Shown piece after piece: positions 7,340 through 16,319 of a stretch of 64,000 nucleotides of DNA. This DNA comes from Longimicrobiales bacterium (lineage in GTDB: Bacteria; Gemmatimonadota; Gemmatimonadetes; Longimicrobiales; Gaopeijiaceae), in assembly GCA_965198065.1 (NCBI GenBank), contig CBDAON010000004.1, positions 1,920,001 to 1,984,000 of the forward strand, in the 5' to 3' direction. Every line of letters starts with the position of its first letter. The first letter of the stretch is position 1. The position numbers were made by a program, and so were the translations under genes. The notes below the pieces were generated by a model. That model worked only from the letters and a program-made list of their open reading frames with translations. It was not told the DNA's origin and searched no databases.

Positions 7340-8704
7340 TCACCGGTCGCTCGCGACCGACGCCTCTGCAACCGATGAGCCCTCGGGGGCTCCCGGCGCC
7401 TCTACGCCCACCTGAAGCGAGCGAAGCAGGTCGCGAGCCAGGCGGTCCGCTTCATCGGTCGACGCTGCTGGGGTCGCCGTGCGGAGTGCCCGCGCGGCCT
7501 TGACGTCAGCGTGGATCTCTTCCATGACGGACTCCGCGAGCAGCCGCACCCGCCCTTCCCGACGAGCGCGGGCGACGGACTCGGCCAGGTGAGCCGCTTC
7601 ACCGGCCTCGTCGTGGCGGCCCAGCATGAGGGCGCCCCGCGCCACCTCCACCCAGGACTCGGACACTCCCGGAGCGGGCTCGCACCGGCCGAGCTCGTTG
7701 CGCGCCCAGTCGAACGCGTCGGTGTCCCCGAGCCCCCCGGCCGCACGCGCGACGGAGCCGAGAACGGTCGGCCGCTCCACGGGCCCGACCCTCCCGAGGG
7801 TCTCGAGAAAGACCGGGAGGGCGTGCCGGCAGTCTCCGCTCTCGAGCCAGAAGTAGGCGATGTCGTGCGCGAGCCGCGGGAGACCCGAGTGGCCGCGACT
7901 GTGGGCCGCGACCGCCTCGCGGGCGTAGCTGAAGGCCCGGTCCGGGTTACCCGCCTGCCATTCCAGAGTAAAAAGGTCGTGCAGGGACCAGGCCTCGCCG
8001 TCACGGAGGCCCTGCCGCCTCGAGCGGCGAAGGGCCTTGAGAATGCTTCGACGCGCGGCCGGGATCACCCCACGGCGAAGCATCATGACGCCGTGCTGGA
8101 GGTACGCGCGGACATACGCCTCCCAGTCGCGCGCCTGGCGAGCGAGCCCGACGGCCCGATAGAGCCATGCCTCCGCGCGGCCGTATTGCGCCAGGTCCCT
8201 CGACGTGCGGCCAACGGCGAGGGCGAACGCCGGATCCGCCGGGCAAGAAAGAGCAGCGGCTTGGAGGAATTCGAGCTCGGTGCGGCGATGGCCGCGCCCC
8301 TCTGCCCAGGTCGCAATTCGCCGGCAGGCGACGGCGACGAACCCGGGGTCGGCACGTTCGGGCTCCGACAGGACCGGGATCAGGTCCTCGAGCGCTTCCG
8401 TGAGTGCGGGCTCGTCGGCCGGCGCCGTGGCGAGGATCTCCAGCTGCCGCCGATCGGCCGCACCATCATCGAACAGTTTCCAGCGGGAAGCGGCGCCCAC
8501 ATCGGCCCAAAGGATCACGGATCGGAGGGACTTCCAGAGGACGCACCCGAGCTCGCCTCCGATCTCTCCGAGGACAACGAGTCCCTCCGGACCGGGCCCG
8601 TCCCCGTCGTGGACCAGAGGAGGAGGAATCCTCCAGCGCCTCTTCGCGACGGTGGGGTTCGTTTCGCGCGTTGGCGCACCGCGTCCGAGCTCGGCTGCTC
8701 GCAT
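7340..8704 (-). CDS. Tetratricopeptide repeat (TPR) protein, about 454 aa, no DNA-binding or catalytic domain recognised
   Basis: Helical repeats such as LAQYGRAEAWLYRAVGLARQARDWEAYVRAYLQHG, AWSLHDLFTLEWQAGNPDRAFSYAREA and LAHDIAYFWLESGD. ATG at 8704 chosen because the ORF extension to 9229 overlaps another gene. Confidence 0.8.
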   Translation of the reverse strand: MRAAELGRGAPTRETNPTVAKRRWRIPPPLVHDGDGPGPEGLVVLGEIGGELGCVLWKSLRSVILWADVGAASRWKLFDDGAADRRQLEILATAPADEPALTEALEDLIPVLSEPERADPGFVAVACRRIATWAEGRGHRRTELEFLQAAALSCPADPAFALAVGRTSRDLAQYGRAEAWLYRAVGLARQARDWEAYVRAYLQHGVMMLRRGVIPAARRSILKALRRSRRQGLRDGEAWSLHDLFTLEWQAGNPDRAFSYAREAVAAHSRGHSGLPRLAHDIAYFWLESGDCRHALPVFLETLGRVGPVERPTVLGSVARAAGGLGDTDAFDWARNELGRCEPAPGVSESWVEVARGALMLGRHDEAGEAAHLAESVARARREGRVRLLAESVMEEIHADVKAARALRTATPAASTDEADRLARDLLRSLQVGVEAPGAPEGSSVAEASVASDR

Positions 8705-8913
8705 TCGGCCTCCGTGAGCGTGATCACTGTCTGGACCGTGCCGCTCATAGAGTTTCAAGCTAAAACCCCGAGAGGGCCCAGGTCCAGAGTGCCAAGACTC
8801 CTGCAGGGCGCCGGTCCAACAGCGCCCTCGTGGATCCAGTGGCTGGACGACGGGCCGAAACGATCCGTACGCCCCAGCCCGGGCTCCCGGGGTGTCAATC
8901 AGGCAGGCCGGGC

Positions 8914-9696
8914 CTACGGAGTCCCCACCGGAGCGCCTTCGAGAAGGGTTCGCACGGGAGGCGGCAGCTCCAGCTCGGCGGCGGTTACCCCGTTCAGCTC
9001 GACGCTCGTCACCGTGACCTCTTGGTCCTGGCCCATCACGCGCTGAATCATCCGCATGGGAATGAGCATGCCGCCGTGCTCGCGGTAATCGGAAAGGAGC
9101 GTTGTGACGGGGAGGGGCCCCATGGGCGTGAGCTCGACGTCCTCGGATGCGATGAGGAGCCCGCTGTCCGCCGAGAAGCAGTCGTGGCTTTCGCGCCCGG
9201 AGGCCCATTCGAGTCGCACCCTCCAGCACGCTTCCCCTTCGAACTCGGACAGCTCCACTGTCTCGCGTCCGGGCACGATCTCAGGATCGCGGAGGTCTCC
9301 CAGCACGTGCGCGCGCTCCCGGGCCTGCTCCAACTCGGCTCCCTCGAGGAGCATGGGGCCGAGCAGCGAGTTCATGCTCCAGCCCACGCGGCCGTCGTAG
9401 CCGAGCACCTGCTCTCCGATGCCAGGCAGAGTGGCCCGAAACACGCTCTGGTCCGGGAGAATCTGGATCACCTCGAACTCCCCCTCGATCCCAAGCCCGG
9501 CCATGGACACGGTTCCGGTGGTGCGAATGCTCAACGGTGCCAGATGCGCGTCGCTTCCCCCAATGGCTTCCACGTACCTCCTGATCAGGTCGTCCGCCGC
9601 GGGTAGCTCCTGGGCCCGGAGGGAAGGCGAGAGGAGAAGGAGGGCGAAGCCCAGGGCCGTATGAATCGAACGCTGTCTCATTATCGGTGTCTCCAT
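8914..9696 (-). CDS. Secreted beta-rich protein (DUF620/lipoprotein-sorting-like)
   Basis: Signal peptide ending LRA-QE; ADDLIRRYVEAIGG N-terminal motif; SDYREHGGMLIP C-terminal motif. Confidence 0.7.
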   Translation of the reverse strand: METPIMRQRSIHTALGFALLLLSPSLRAQELPAADDLIRRYVEAIGGSDAHLAPLSIRTTGTVSMAGLGIEGEFEVIQILPDQSVFRATLPGIGEQVLGYDGRVGWSMNSLLGPMLLEGAELEQARERAHVLGDLRDPEIVPGRETVELSEFEGEACWRVRLEWASGRESHDCFSADSGLLIASEDVELTPMGPLPVTTLLSDYREHGGMLIPMRMIQRVMGQDQEVTVTSVELNGVTAAELELPPPVRTLLEGAPVGTP

Positions 9697-9705
9697 ATGG
9701 CTCGG

Positions 9706-11097
9706 TCAGCGGGGGCCCGATACGGGGGCCGACGCACCCGGAAGCGAGCCCAGCCAGTCCAACGCAGCTGCGAGCGCGACGTCCCTCCCCGCGAGGAGGG
9801 ACTCACGGCTCGGTGCTCGCGGGACATCGGGCTGCACTCCCGACCCCTCGAGCCGCGATCCGTCCGGTGCCGTGAAGTCGGCGACCACGTGCATCATGCG
9901 GTCCCCATTGGGCAGTTCCACGACGACTGCCGGAAGCGCCTGACCGGCCGTGGGCTCCCCGAACAGCCGGGCGCGACCGAGCGCTTGGAGGCCCGCCGCG
10001 AAGAACTCCGAGGTGCTGGCGGTCAGCGGATCCACGAGGATGGCCACCGGTCCCGCGTAGGGCTCCACGCGGCGCCCGTCCGGAGCGACGCGCTGAGGGT
10101 TCACGACGAACTGGAGCTCCGTGTCCCGGGTACGCATCGCGCCGAGGCTGACGGGCTCGTCGAGGAAGTGCCCCCCGATCCCCATGGCGAGGGCGCCGAG
10201 CCTCCCGGGGTTCCCCCGGAGATCCAGCACGATGCCGTGGGCATCGCGCAGTTCGTCCACGGCCGCGGCGACGGCGGGCACGATCGCCGGGAACCAGGCT
10301 GACCAGCGGACGACTCCGACCCGCTGGCCGCCGGTCAGGATCTCCTCCCGGAAGTCGGCGTCCACGCGAAGCGGCGGGAGATTTCCGAAGCGCACCTCCT
10401 CCCCTGCCGGAGGAGCACGGTCGACGTCGAAAACGATGGGCGCACTGGAACCGTCCCGAAACCCAAGCCGGACCGGCGTTCCCTCTGGTCCGAGCAGCCG
10501 CCGCTCGACGGCTTCCGGGAGCCAGAGCGCGAACTCGCGTTCCTCCGTGCGATCGGGAACGGCCGCCCGGATCCGCTGGACCAGGCTGTCTACCGGAAGG
10601 CCTGCGATGGACTCGAGGATCCAGCCGGGTTGAATGCCTGCGACGGCCGCGGGGCTTTCCTCTCGGACTCGCGCGACCACGACCGCGCCGTCCAGCCAGC
10701 GGATGCCCAGGCCAGGGCTCGCGTTGCCCTGCGGCGGACCGACCGGATCCACGCCCAACAGCCCCACCGCCGAGCCGGGAATGATCGTGAAGTGCGACTC
10801 TCCGAGCCGCCCGAGCATCTCGGACAACACGCGCCGAAGCTCGCTCGGGCTCTCGGCCGCGACCGCACGCGGCCGGAGCTCCGCACGCACCGCATCCCAA
10901 TCCAGGCCGCGCATGCCGGGGTCGTAGTATGTGTCGCGTATCCGATTCCACACGAAGTCGAACGTGACCTGCGGGGAAGCCGTCCCCGGGGAGGAGGGAG
11001 GCTGACGGAGCGCGGCGGCGGCCGGCGGCGAAAGAACGGAAACGGCGACGCCTACCGCGAACAGGCCACGCCTGCCGTTCCTGGGTGAAGTCAACAC
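9706..11097 (-). CDS. S41-family peptidase with PDZ domain (secreted)
   Basis: Signal peptide; PDZ SPAAVAGIQPG; IVLDLRGNPG; TASTSEFFAAG catalytic Ser region; LEGSGVQPD. Confidence 0.9.
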   Translation of the reverse strand: MLTSPRNGRRGLFAVGVAVSVLSPPAAAALRQPPSSPGTASPQVTFDFVWNRIRDTYYDPGMRGLDWDAVRAELRPRAVAAESPSELRRVLSEMLGRLGESHFTIIPGSAVGLLGVDPVGPPQGNASPGLGIRWLDGAVVVARVREESPAAVAGIQPGWILESIAGLPVDSLVQRIRAAVPDRTEEREFALWLPEAVERRLLGPEGTPVRLGFRDGSSAPIVFDVDRAPPAGEEVRFGNLPPLRVDADFREEILTGGQRVGVVRWSAWFPAIVPAVAAAVDELRDAHGIVLDLRGNPGRLGALAMGIGGHFLDEPVSLGAMRTRDTELQFVVNPQRVAPDGRRVEPYAGPVAILVDPLTASTSEFFAAGLQALGRARLFGEPTAGQALPAVVVELPNGDRMMHVVADFTAPDGSRLEGSGVQPDVPRAPSRESLLAGRDVALAAALDWLGSLPGASAPVSGPR

Positions 11098-11206
11098 CGG
11101 TCTAGCGGCCCGAGCATGGTTGGCCGATCGAGAGTCCGGTCGGACGGGTCCCTTCTCAAGGCAACTCCCGTGCGAGGGGAAGGTAGCGCGCGCCCGCGGA
11201 TCTCGC

Positions 11207-11413
11207 TCAGGTGTCCAGGACCACGCTCCTTCGGCACCGTGGACAGGTCCACCATGCCCGTCGGCGTACGTAGCTCACCTCGGCGGAGGGCGTAATGTTC
11301 CGGGCGAGTGTGAGGCTCGACCCACACCGGGGGCACTCGAGGCGCCTCCGCGCGCGGTGCGCTCGCTTGAGGACTTCTACCTCTTGCCGCGAATAGACTC
11401 GAGTCGTGACCAC
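11207..11413 (-). CDS. Small zinc-ribbon protein
   Basis: 68 aa with CPRCG and CPRCR pairs. Confidence 0.55.
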   Translation of the reverse strand: MVTTRVYSRQEVEVLKRAHRARRRLECPRCGSSLTLARNITPSAEVSYVRRRAWWTCPRCRRSVVLDT

Positions 11414-11704
11414 GGGCTCCTCCGAAGAATTGCCTCATGCGGTCTTCCGATGTGCGCCAAACGTTTCCACGTCGATTGGCCGGAAGGCCAGTATTCAAGC
11501 GGCTTTTCCTGGTCTCCTTTCCCTTGACGCGTCTGTGGGCGCGGCTTACCGTTCACAAGGTTTCCGGGCGGGGGTCCCTCAGGTAGCCTTTCTTCCCGGG
11601 GATATGGACGGCATCGCTCGTGGCCTGTGGTGCTTGCGGGTCGGGACGCGCTAGGAGTCGCTGGCTCAGTTCACCTCACCATCTTGCTCCGAGGAGTGAC
11701 CCTG

Positions 11705-11989
11705 ATGAACAAATCCGAACTCGTGGACGCACTCGCGAATGCCACCGGCATGACGAAATCCGATGCGGGGCGGGCGATCGATGCGCTCTTCTCCACGGAT
11801 GGGGGAGTCATCGCGAAGGCGCTGAGAAAGGGGAATCGGGTTCAGATCACTGGTTTCGGCACGTTCGAGACCAAAAATCGGAAAGCGCGCACCGGAAGGA
11901 ATCCTCGCACCGGTGAGACGATTCGGATCGCGGCGACGAGGACTCCAGGGTTCCGCGCGGGGAAGGGGCTGAAGGACGCTGTCCGCTGA
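11705..11989 (+). CDS. hup: HU family DNA-binding protein
   Basis: MNKSELVDALA...VQITGFGTF...RTGRNPRTGE; GAGGAG RBS upstream. Confidence 0.97.
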   Translation: MNKSELVDALANATGMTKSDAGRAIDALFSTDGGVIAKALRKGNRVQITGFGTFETKNRKARTGRNPRTGETIRIAATRTPGFRAGKGLKDAVR

Positions 11990-12133
11990 TGGACTGAACA
12001 CGGCCCCGGGGCGGTTGCCGCCCGCGGGAGCTGACCGGGAGGCCGCGCTCTCGCCCCGAGGGCGCGGCCTCTCGCGTCTTCCGGGAAGCACCGCTTCGGG
12101 TCCGAAACGATCATGCCGGTCACGCATGCGGGC

Positions 12134-13036
12134 TCAGGAGGTAGCTGAATGAGGCTGACGCTGGGATACCACGGCCATTGCCACGCCTCCCAAGATCAGA
12201 ACGCTCGCCACGACCAACCTGAGCGAGACGAGCTCTCCGAGAAACACGACTCCGCCAAACGAGGCGAGCACGGGCACCAGGAGTTGTACGACGGCTGCGA
12301 GGGTGCGCGTGAGGCCCCGTAGCGCCCGGTACCAGACGACGTACCCGAGACCGGATGCAACTGCGCCCGACGCCGTGGCCAACAGTAGGCCCGTCCAGTC
12401 GACCGTAATGAAGGAGAACCCGACGACACTGGCGAGAAGGGCCAGCGGGAGTGCTCGGACGAAGCTTGTCGTGGTGGCGCGGACCGGAGCCTGGGCTCTT
12501 CTGCCAAACAGGGAATAAACTCCCCATGCGACACCGGCTGCCAGCATCAGTAGCGCACCGACTGGATCGGGAGCCGTGGCTCCTGGCACTGTCAGGTAAG
12601 CCATACCGCCGGCTGCCAGGACGAATCCCAGCCACTGCGCGGCTCGGAGGCGCTCGCCGGACCGGAGCCCCGCCCCAATCATCGTAGCCTGCACCGCCCC
12701 GAACAGGATGAGGGCACCCGTGCCAGTCTCCAGGGACACGTATGCCATCGAGAAGGTCGCCGCGTAGCCGAAGAGCGCTAGCGCCGATCGCCACGATCCC
12801 TCAGAGCCCCGTGAGGCACTCACCCTCCGGACACCGCTCAGATACCGCAGGGAGACCAGGACGAGAGTCCCGCTGAGCAACCTGACGGTCGTGAAGGAGA
12901 GAGGTCGATCAGCCCGGCGACCCAGGGCCATCCGGCAAAGAAGGGAGTTCGCGGCGAACGCCACCATGGCGAATGCCACGAGGGTCGCGGTAAGCCCGAC
13001 CGGCTCACCCGTTTCTCGAGCCGCGCTCACCTCCAA
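12134..13036 (-). CDS. DMT/EamA family transporter
   Basis: About 10 hydrophobic segments; AFAANSLLCR and FSMAYVSL motifs. Confidence 0.9.
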   Translation of the reverse strand: MEVSAARETGEPVGLTATLVAFAMVAFAANSLLCRMALGRRADRPLSFTTVRLLSGTLVLVSLRYLSGVRRVSASRGSEGSWRSALALFGYAATFSMAYVSLETGTGALILFGAVQATMIGAGLRSGERLRAAQWLGFVLAAGGMAYLTVPGATAPDPVGALLMLAAGVAWGVYSLFGRRAQAPVRATTTSFVRALPLALLASVVGFSFITVDWTGLLLATASGAVASGLGYVVWYRALRGLTRTLAAVVQLLVPVLASFGGVVFLGELVSLRLVVASVLILGGVAMAVVSQRQPHSATS

Positions 13037-13493
13037 GGGATACGGTGTAGCAGAGGGCCGTGCCTTCCAGGGCGACGGTGCTATCGTCGCGAGTCACCGT
13101 TGTCCTCAGCTTCGTGATGGGCTTGTCGGTGCGCACTTCGAGCACCTCTACCGAGCCCGTGATGGAATCGCCCGGCCGAACCGGAGCCTTGAAACTCCAA
13201 TCAACGTGGAGAAAAACGGTTCCCGGTCCCGGCAGCTGCTCGGCAACAACCGCGTTCAGGATAGCGCTGGTGACCCCGCCTTGAACGATGATCTCGCCGA
13301 AGGTCGTACCCCGAACAAGGTCTTCGTCGTAGTGAAGAGGGTTCCGATCCCCGGAGATGGCCGTGAACAATTCGATATCGCGCTCGGACACCTTGCGTGT
13401 CCGCTCCGCCCGCTGGCCCGTCCGGGGTGCGCCGGAGGGCCAGATGCTATCGAGTCCCACGGTGAAAATCTCCTTTGTGTTGGCCACTCTCAT
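13005..13493 (-). CDS. MaoC family dehydratase
   Basis: FTAISGDRNPLHYD and LPGPGTVFL...FKAPVRPGD. Confidence 0.92.
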   Translation of the reverse strand: MRVANTKEIFTVGLDSIWPSGAPRTGQRAERTRKVSERDIELFTAISGDRNPLHYDEDLVRGTTFGEIIVQGGVTSAILNAVVAEQLPGPGTVFLHVDWSFKAPVRPGDSITGSVEVLEVRTDKPITKLRTTVTRDDSTVALEGTALCYTVSLGGERGSRNG

Positions 13494-13502
13494 GACACTC
13501 GC

Positions 13503-15182
13503 TCATGCCTTCCGCCCACCTCCGCCCCCGGGCCCCTTTCCTGCTCCGGGGCGTCCACCCGGTGGTCGCGGCCGGCCGCTTCGCCTCTCCCCTGCATCGC
13601 CGGCGGGCGCGTGTCTCCTGGCGGCATCCGCACGCGCGTCCTTGCGATCGAAGTCTGCCCGCACGCTCCTTCCCCGGATAGTGGTTCCGTTCAGCGCGCG
13701 GATGACGCGATCCGCTACCTCCTCGTGCACCTCCACCTTGGAGAACGTGTCTCTTAGATCGATGCGTCCAACCTGCTCCCTTTCGACGCCGGCCTCCCCC
13801 AGGATGGCGCCTAGCAGGTCACCCGGGCCGACTCCGTCTCGATCGCCGACGCTCAGGAACAGACGGACCCACGCGGGCGGGCGCGCGCCCGCCGCCGCGG
13901 TGCCCCGGCCGACATCCAGACCCGCACCCGCCGCCGCGCGGCCCGCGGGTGGGACTGCTCGACGGAGGAGGAGCGCCAGCGCGGCGGCGACCTCGGCCGG
14001 GTCCCGGGCCCGGAACATCGGCTCGAGAAGGACGAGATGGGGCAGGAGGTCCTCCTCGTCGATCACCCGCGTCAGATCCTCGAGGAAGGTCGAGGCCGGG
14101 TCCCTCCCGGGGATCGCCCCGGGAGTCCAAGCCTCCAGCGAATACCCCGCCTCCCGGGCGGCCCGGCGGAGGTGAGGAAGCTCCCTCGGATGCGCGAGCA
14201 CAACGCCCCCTCCGGGCGAGCGACCGTGGCGCCGATCCAGCTCGTCCGCGTCGATCGGCACCTCGAGTGAGAGCGACACGACTCGGTCGCCGTCCACACC
14301 CGAAGCCTCGAGGGCGGCCCTGGCCTCGAGCGCATCCACACCCAGCCAGACCGGCGTCTCCCTGTCTCCGGGCGCGCCGCCAGCGAATCCCCGAAGCACG
14401 AGTAAGTCTCCCACGTCGGCGGCGCGGTCCTCGGACCTGGCGTAGGTCATCACGTGGGCGAACCCCTCGTCGAGAAGCGCCTCGACGACCGCGGCCAGAA
14501 GGTCGTCCTCGTCCCCCGTCCACGCATGAACGCGCACAGAGCCGCGTGGAACGCTCGGGGCCTGGACCGTATCCGATCCGGCTTCGGGCGGCAGGAAGAC
14601 CGCGCGCCGCGCATGGCGCTCCACGAGCTCGCGCACGCTCGAGTCGATCGGGTCGCTCACGACAATGAGCTGCAGATCCTGGCGCTCGATGGACGCGAGA
14701 AGGATGGGCAGGTGGGCGCCCGATCCATCCGCGAGCAGCGCGCCGGCCTGATCCAGCACGACAGCCCGCACCTCGTCGACCTTGACCGCGGCCGTTCTGA
14801 CGTATCGCTCCAGATCCTCCTGAGTGGCAAACAGGACGTCCGAACGCTCGGGAACCGCCCACGGGACTCCGAGGGCGCCGACCCGGTGTCCGCTGGTGAC
14901 GGCGAGTCTGGCGAGCGACGTGGCTAGCGACCCCGCCCGCTCCCGCCCGAGCGTGATCACGAGCGCCTGGGGGTAGGAGCCTGCCGGAGTGAGGCGCTCG
15001 AGGAGCGGGACGCCGTACGCGACGAGGATGCCGCTTCCGGGGCCGGCCCGCAGCACGGCGGAGTTCCCGCGCAGGAGGAGCGGGACGGCCTGTGCCTGGA
15101 GCGGCGTAGGGACCTCGATCCCCTCCGCTGCCAGCGCCTCCTCGAGCGGAGGGCTCACACCCAGCTCTTCGAATGACGGCAT
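13503..15182 (-). CDS. Degenerate DEAD-box helicase-like protein with a C-terminal DbpA RNA-binding domain
   Basis: Q motif FEELGV...PTPLQAQAVP is present; Walker A and DEAD motifs are degenerate; RBD RLFLSVGDRDGVGPGDLLGAI. Confidence 0.8.
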   Translation of the reverse strand: MPSFEELGVSPPLEEALAAEGIEVPTPLQAQAVPLLLRGNSAVLRAGPGSGILVAYGVPLLERLTPAGSYPQALVITLGRERAGSLATSLARLAVTSGHRVGALGVPWAVPERSDVLFATQEDLERYVRTAAVKVDEVRAVVLDQAGALLADGSGAHLPILLASIERQDLQLIVVSDPIDSSVRELVERHARRAVFLPPEAGSDTVQAPSVPRGSVRVHAWTGDEDDLLAAVVEALLDEGFAHVMTYARSEDRAADVGDLLVLRGFAGGAPGDRETPVWLGVDALEARAALEASGVDGDRVVSLSLEVPIDADELDRRHGRSPGGGVVLAHPRELPHLRRAAREAGYSLEAWTPGAIPGRDPASTFLEDLTRVIDEEDLLPHLVLLEPMFRARDPAEVAAALALLLRRAVPPAGRAAAGAGLDVGRGTAAAGARPPAWVRLFLSVGDRDGVGPGDLLGAILGEAGVEREQVGRIDLRDTFSKVEVHEEVADRVIRALNGTTIRGRSVRADFDRKDARADAARRHAPAGDAGERRSGRPRPPGGRPGAGKGPGGGGGRKA

Positions 15183-15199
15183 GAGGCGAGAGCTCCCCG

Positions 15200-15502
15200 T
15201 CACCCGGACAGCCCAGACCCGGGCCCGCCGGTGTCGCCGACTTCGTACGGAAGGCGGTTCAGGAAGCTCTGGATCTCGTAGTCCATGCGGGAGGTCCGAA
15301 GCCGGTCGGTTTGCGCCGTCACCTCGGTGTAGAGCGAGTGCCGGTGCGCCGCGATCGTGACCGTCCCTTCCTCGCCGATGTACGTCGCGCCGTGAGACGA
15401 GTCCCGCGACCTGGAAACGCCGATGCGCTCGGGCAGCACCTCGTCCGCGAGCCCGAGGACCTCCTTGGGCGTCGCCACGGTCTTACGCGAGTAGCCGGCC
15501 AT
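15200..15502 (-). CDS. Hypothetical protein, 100 aa
   Basis: MAGYSRKTVATPKEVL...; tightly packed between neighbours on the same strand. Confidence 0.7.
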   Translation of the reverse strand: MAGYSRKTVATPKEVLGLADEVLPERIGVSRSRDSSHGATYIGEEGTVTIAAHRHSLYTEVTAQTDRLRTSRMDYEIQSFLNRLPYEVGDTGGPGSGLSG

Positions 15503-15504
15503 AC

Positions 15505-16104
15505 CTAACCATCGTTGCCTCCTAACCGTTCGAGAAAGTCGAGGACGTCGGCGGCACGTGTGAACCCCTCCAGCCTGCGCCCCCCAGTCTCGAGCGTGGG
15601 CACGCCGCGAACCCCCGCCTCGAGCGCCTCGGCGCGGCCCCGCTCCACCGCGGGGGCGAACCGATCCACCCCCAGAACGGTGCGGGCCTCCGCTCCGGAA
15701 AGACCCTGTGCTTCCGCGAGGCTCACGAGCGTGTCCACGCGACCGATGTCGATCGCATGAACGAAGTGCGCCTCGAAGAGAGCCGTGTGGATGCGATCGA
15801 AGCGTCCCTTCTCCCTCGCGTGGAGAGCGAGCTCGTGCGCCTTCCGGGTCCAGGGCAACCCTTCGGGGCACACGAACGGGATCCCCTCATCGGATGCGAT
15901 CCGCTCCATCTCCGCTATGAGCGCCGACCACTCGGGGGCAGGGGGGTCTAGTTGGGACGCCGGGGGCGCGCGAAGCTCGAGCGCCACCCACCTCACGTGG
16001 ATCGGGTCGGGTCGGTCGGCCACCCAGCGAGCCAGCAAACGGTGCGCCAGGTACGAGCCCGGGTCCACGTAGTCGAATGTGAAGTCGATCCGGGTGTGTC
16101 CCAT
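15505..16104 (-). CDS. DsbA/FrnE-like thioredoxin-fold protein lacking CxxC
   Basis: IDFTFDYVDPGSY, TRKAHELALHAREKG and GVRGVPT (cis-Pro loop). Confidence 0.8.
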   Translation of the reverse strand: MGHTRIDFTFDYVDPGSYLAHRLLARWVADRPDPIHVRWVALELRAPPASQLDPPAPEWSALIAEMERIASDEGIPFVCPEGLPWTRKAHELALHAREKGRFDRIHTALFEAHFVHAIDIGRVDTLVSLAEAQGLSGAEARTVLGVDRFAPAVERGRAEALEAGVRGVPTLETGGRRLEGFTRAADVLDFLERLGGNDG

Positions 16105-16319
16105 CGGTTGCCGCCCATCTTCCCGCCGCCGCGACGACCCGGAACGGGTCCTCGACGCCCGCCGGGGGGGGCGGCTGGTAATCTGGTGGATTCGATCGAG
16201 ACAGATCAACCTCGCTCGGGTTGCTCCCCCTTTCGGGGGTCTCGATATTCCGGGCTCCGGCGCCCGGGCTGGCGCCGCGGACCCGGCCGGCTCCCTCTTC
16301 CACGCGATCCGCTCCGCCC

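Noticed and set aside
6974..7415. ORF-track proteins over the repeat (PPPPEPRKPL antisense, Ala-rich frames)
   Set aside because: These are shadow frames. Repeat variation is non-synonymous in them, and they lack the RBS, signal peptide and terminator that support 7028-7249 (+).
8705..9229. N-terminal extension of the 629-aa TPR ORF
   Set aside because: It overlaps the 8914-9696 gene in another frame and has Arg/Pro-rich shadow composition.
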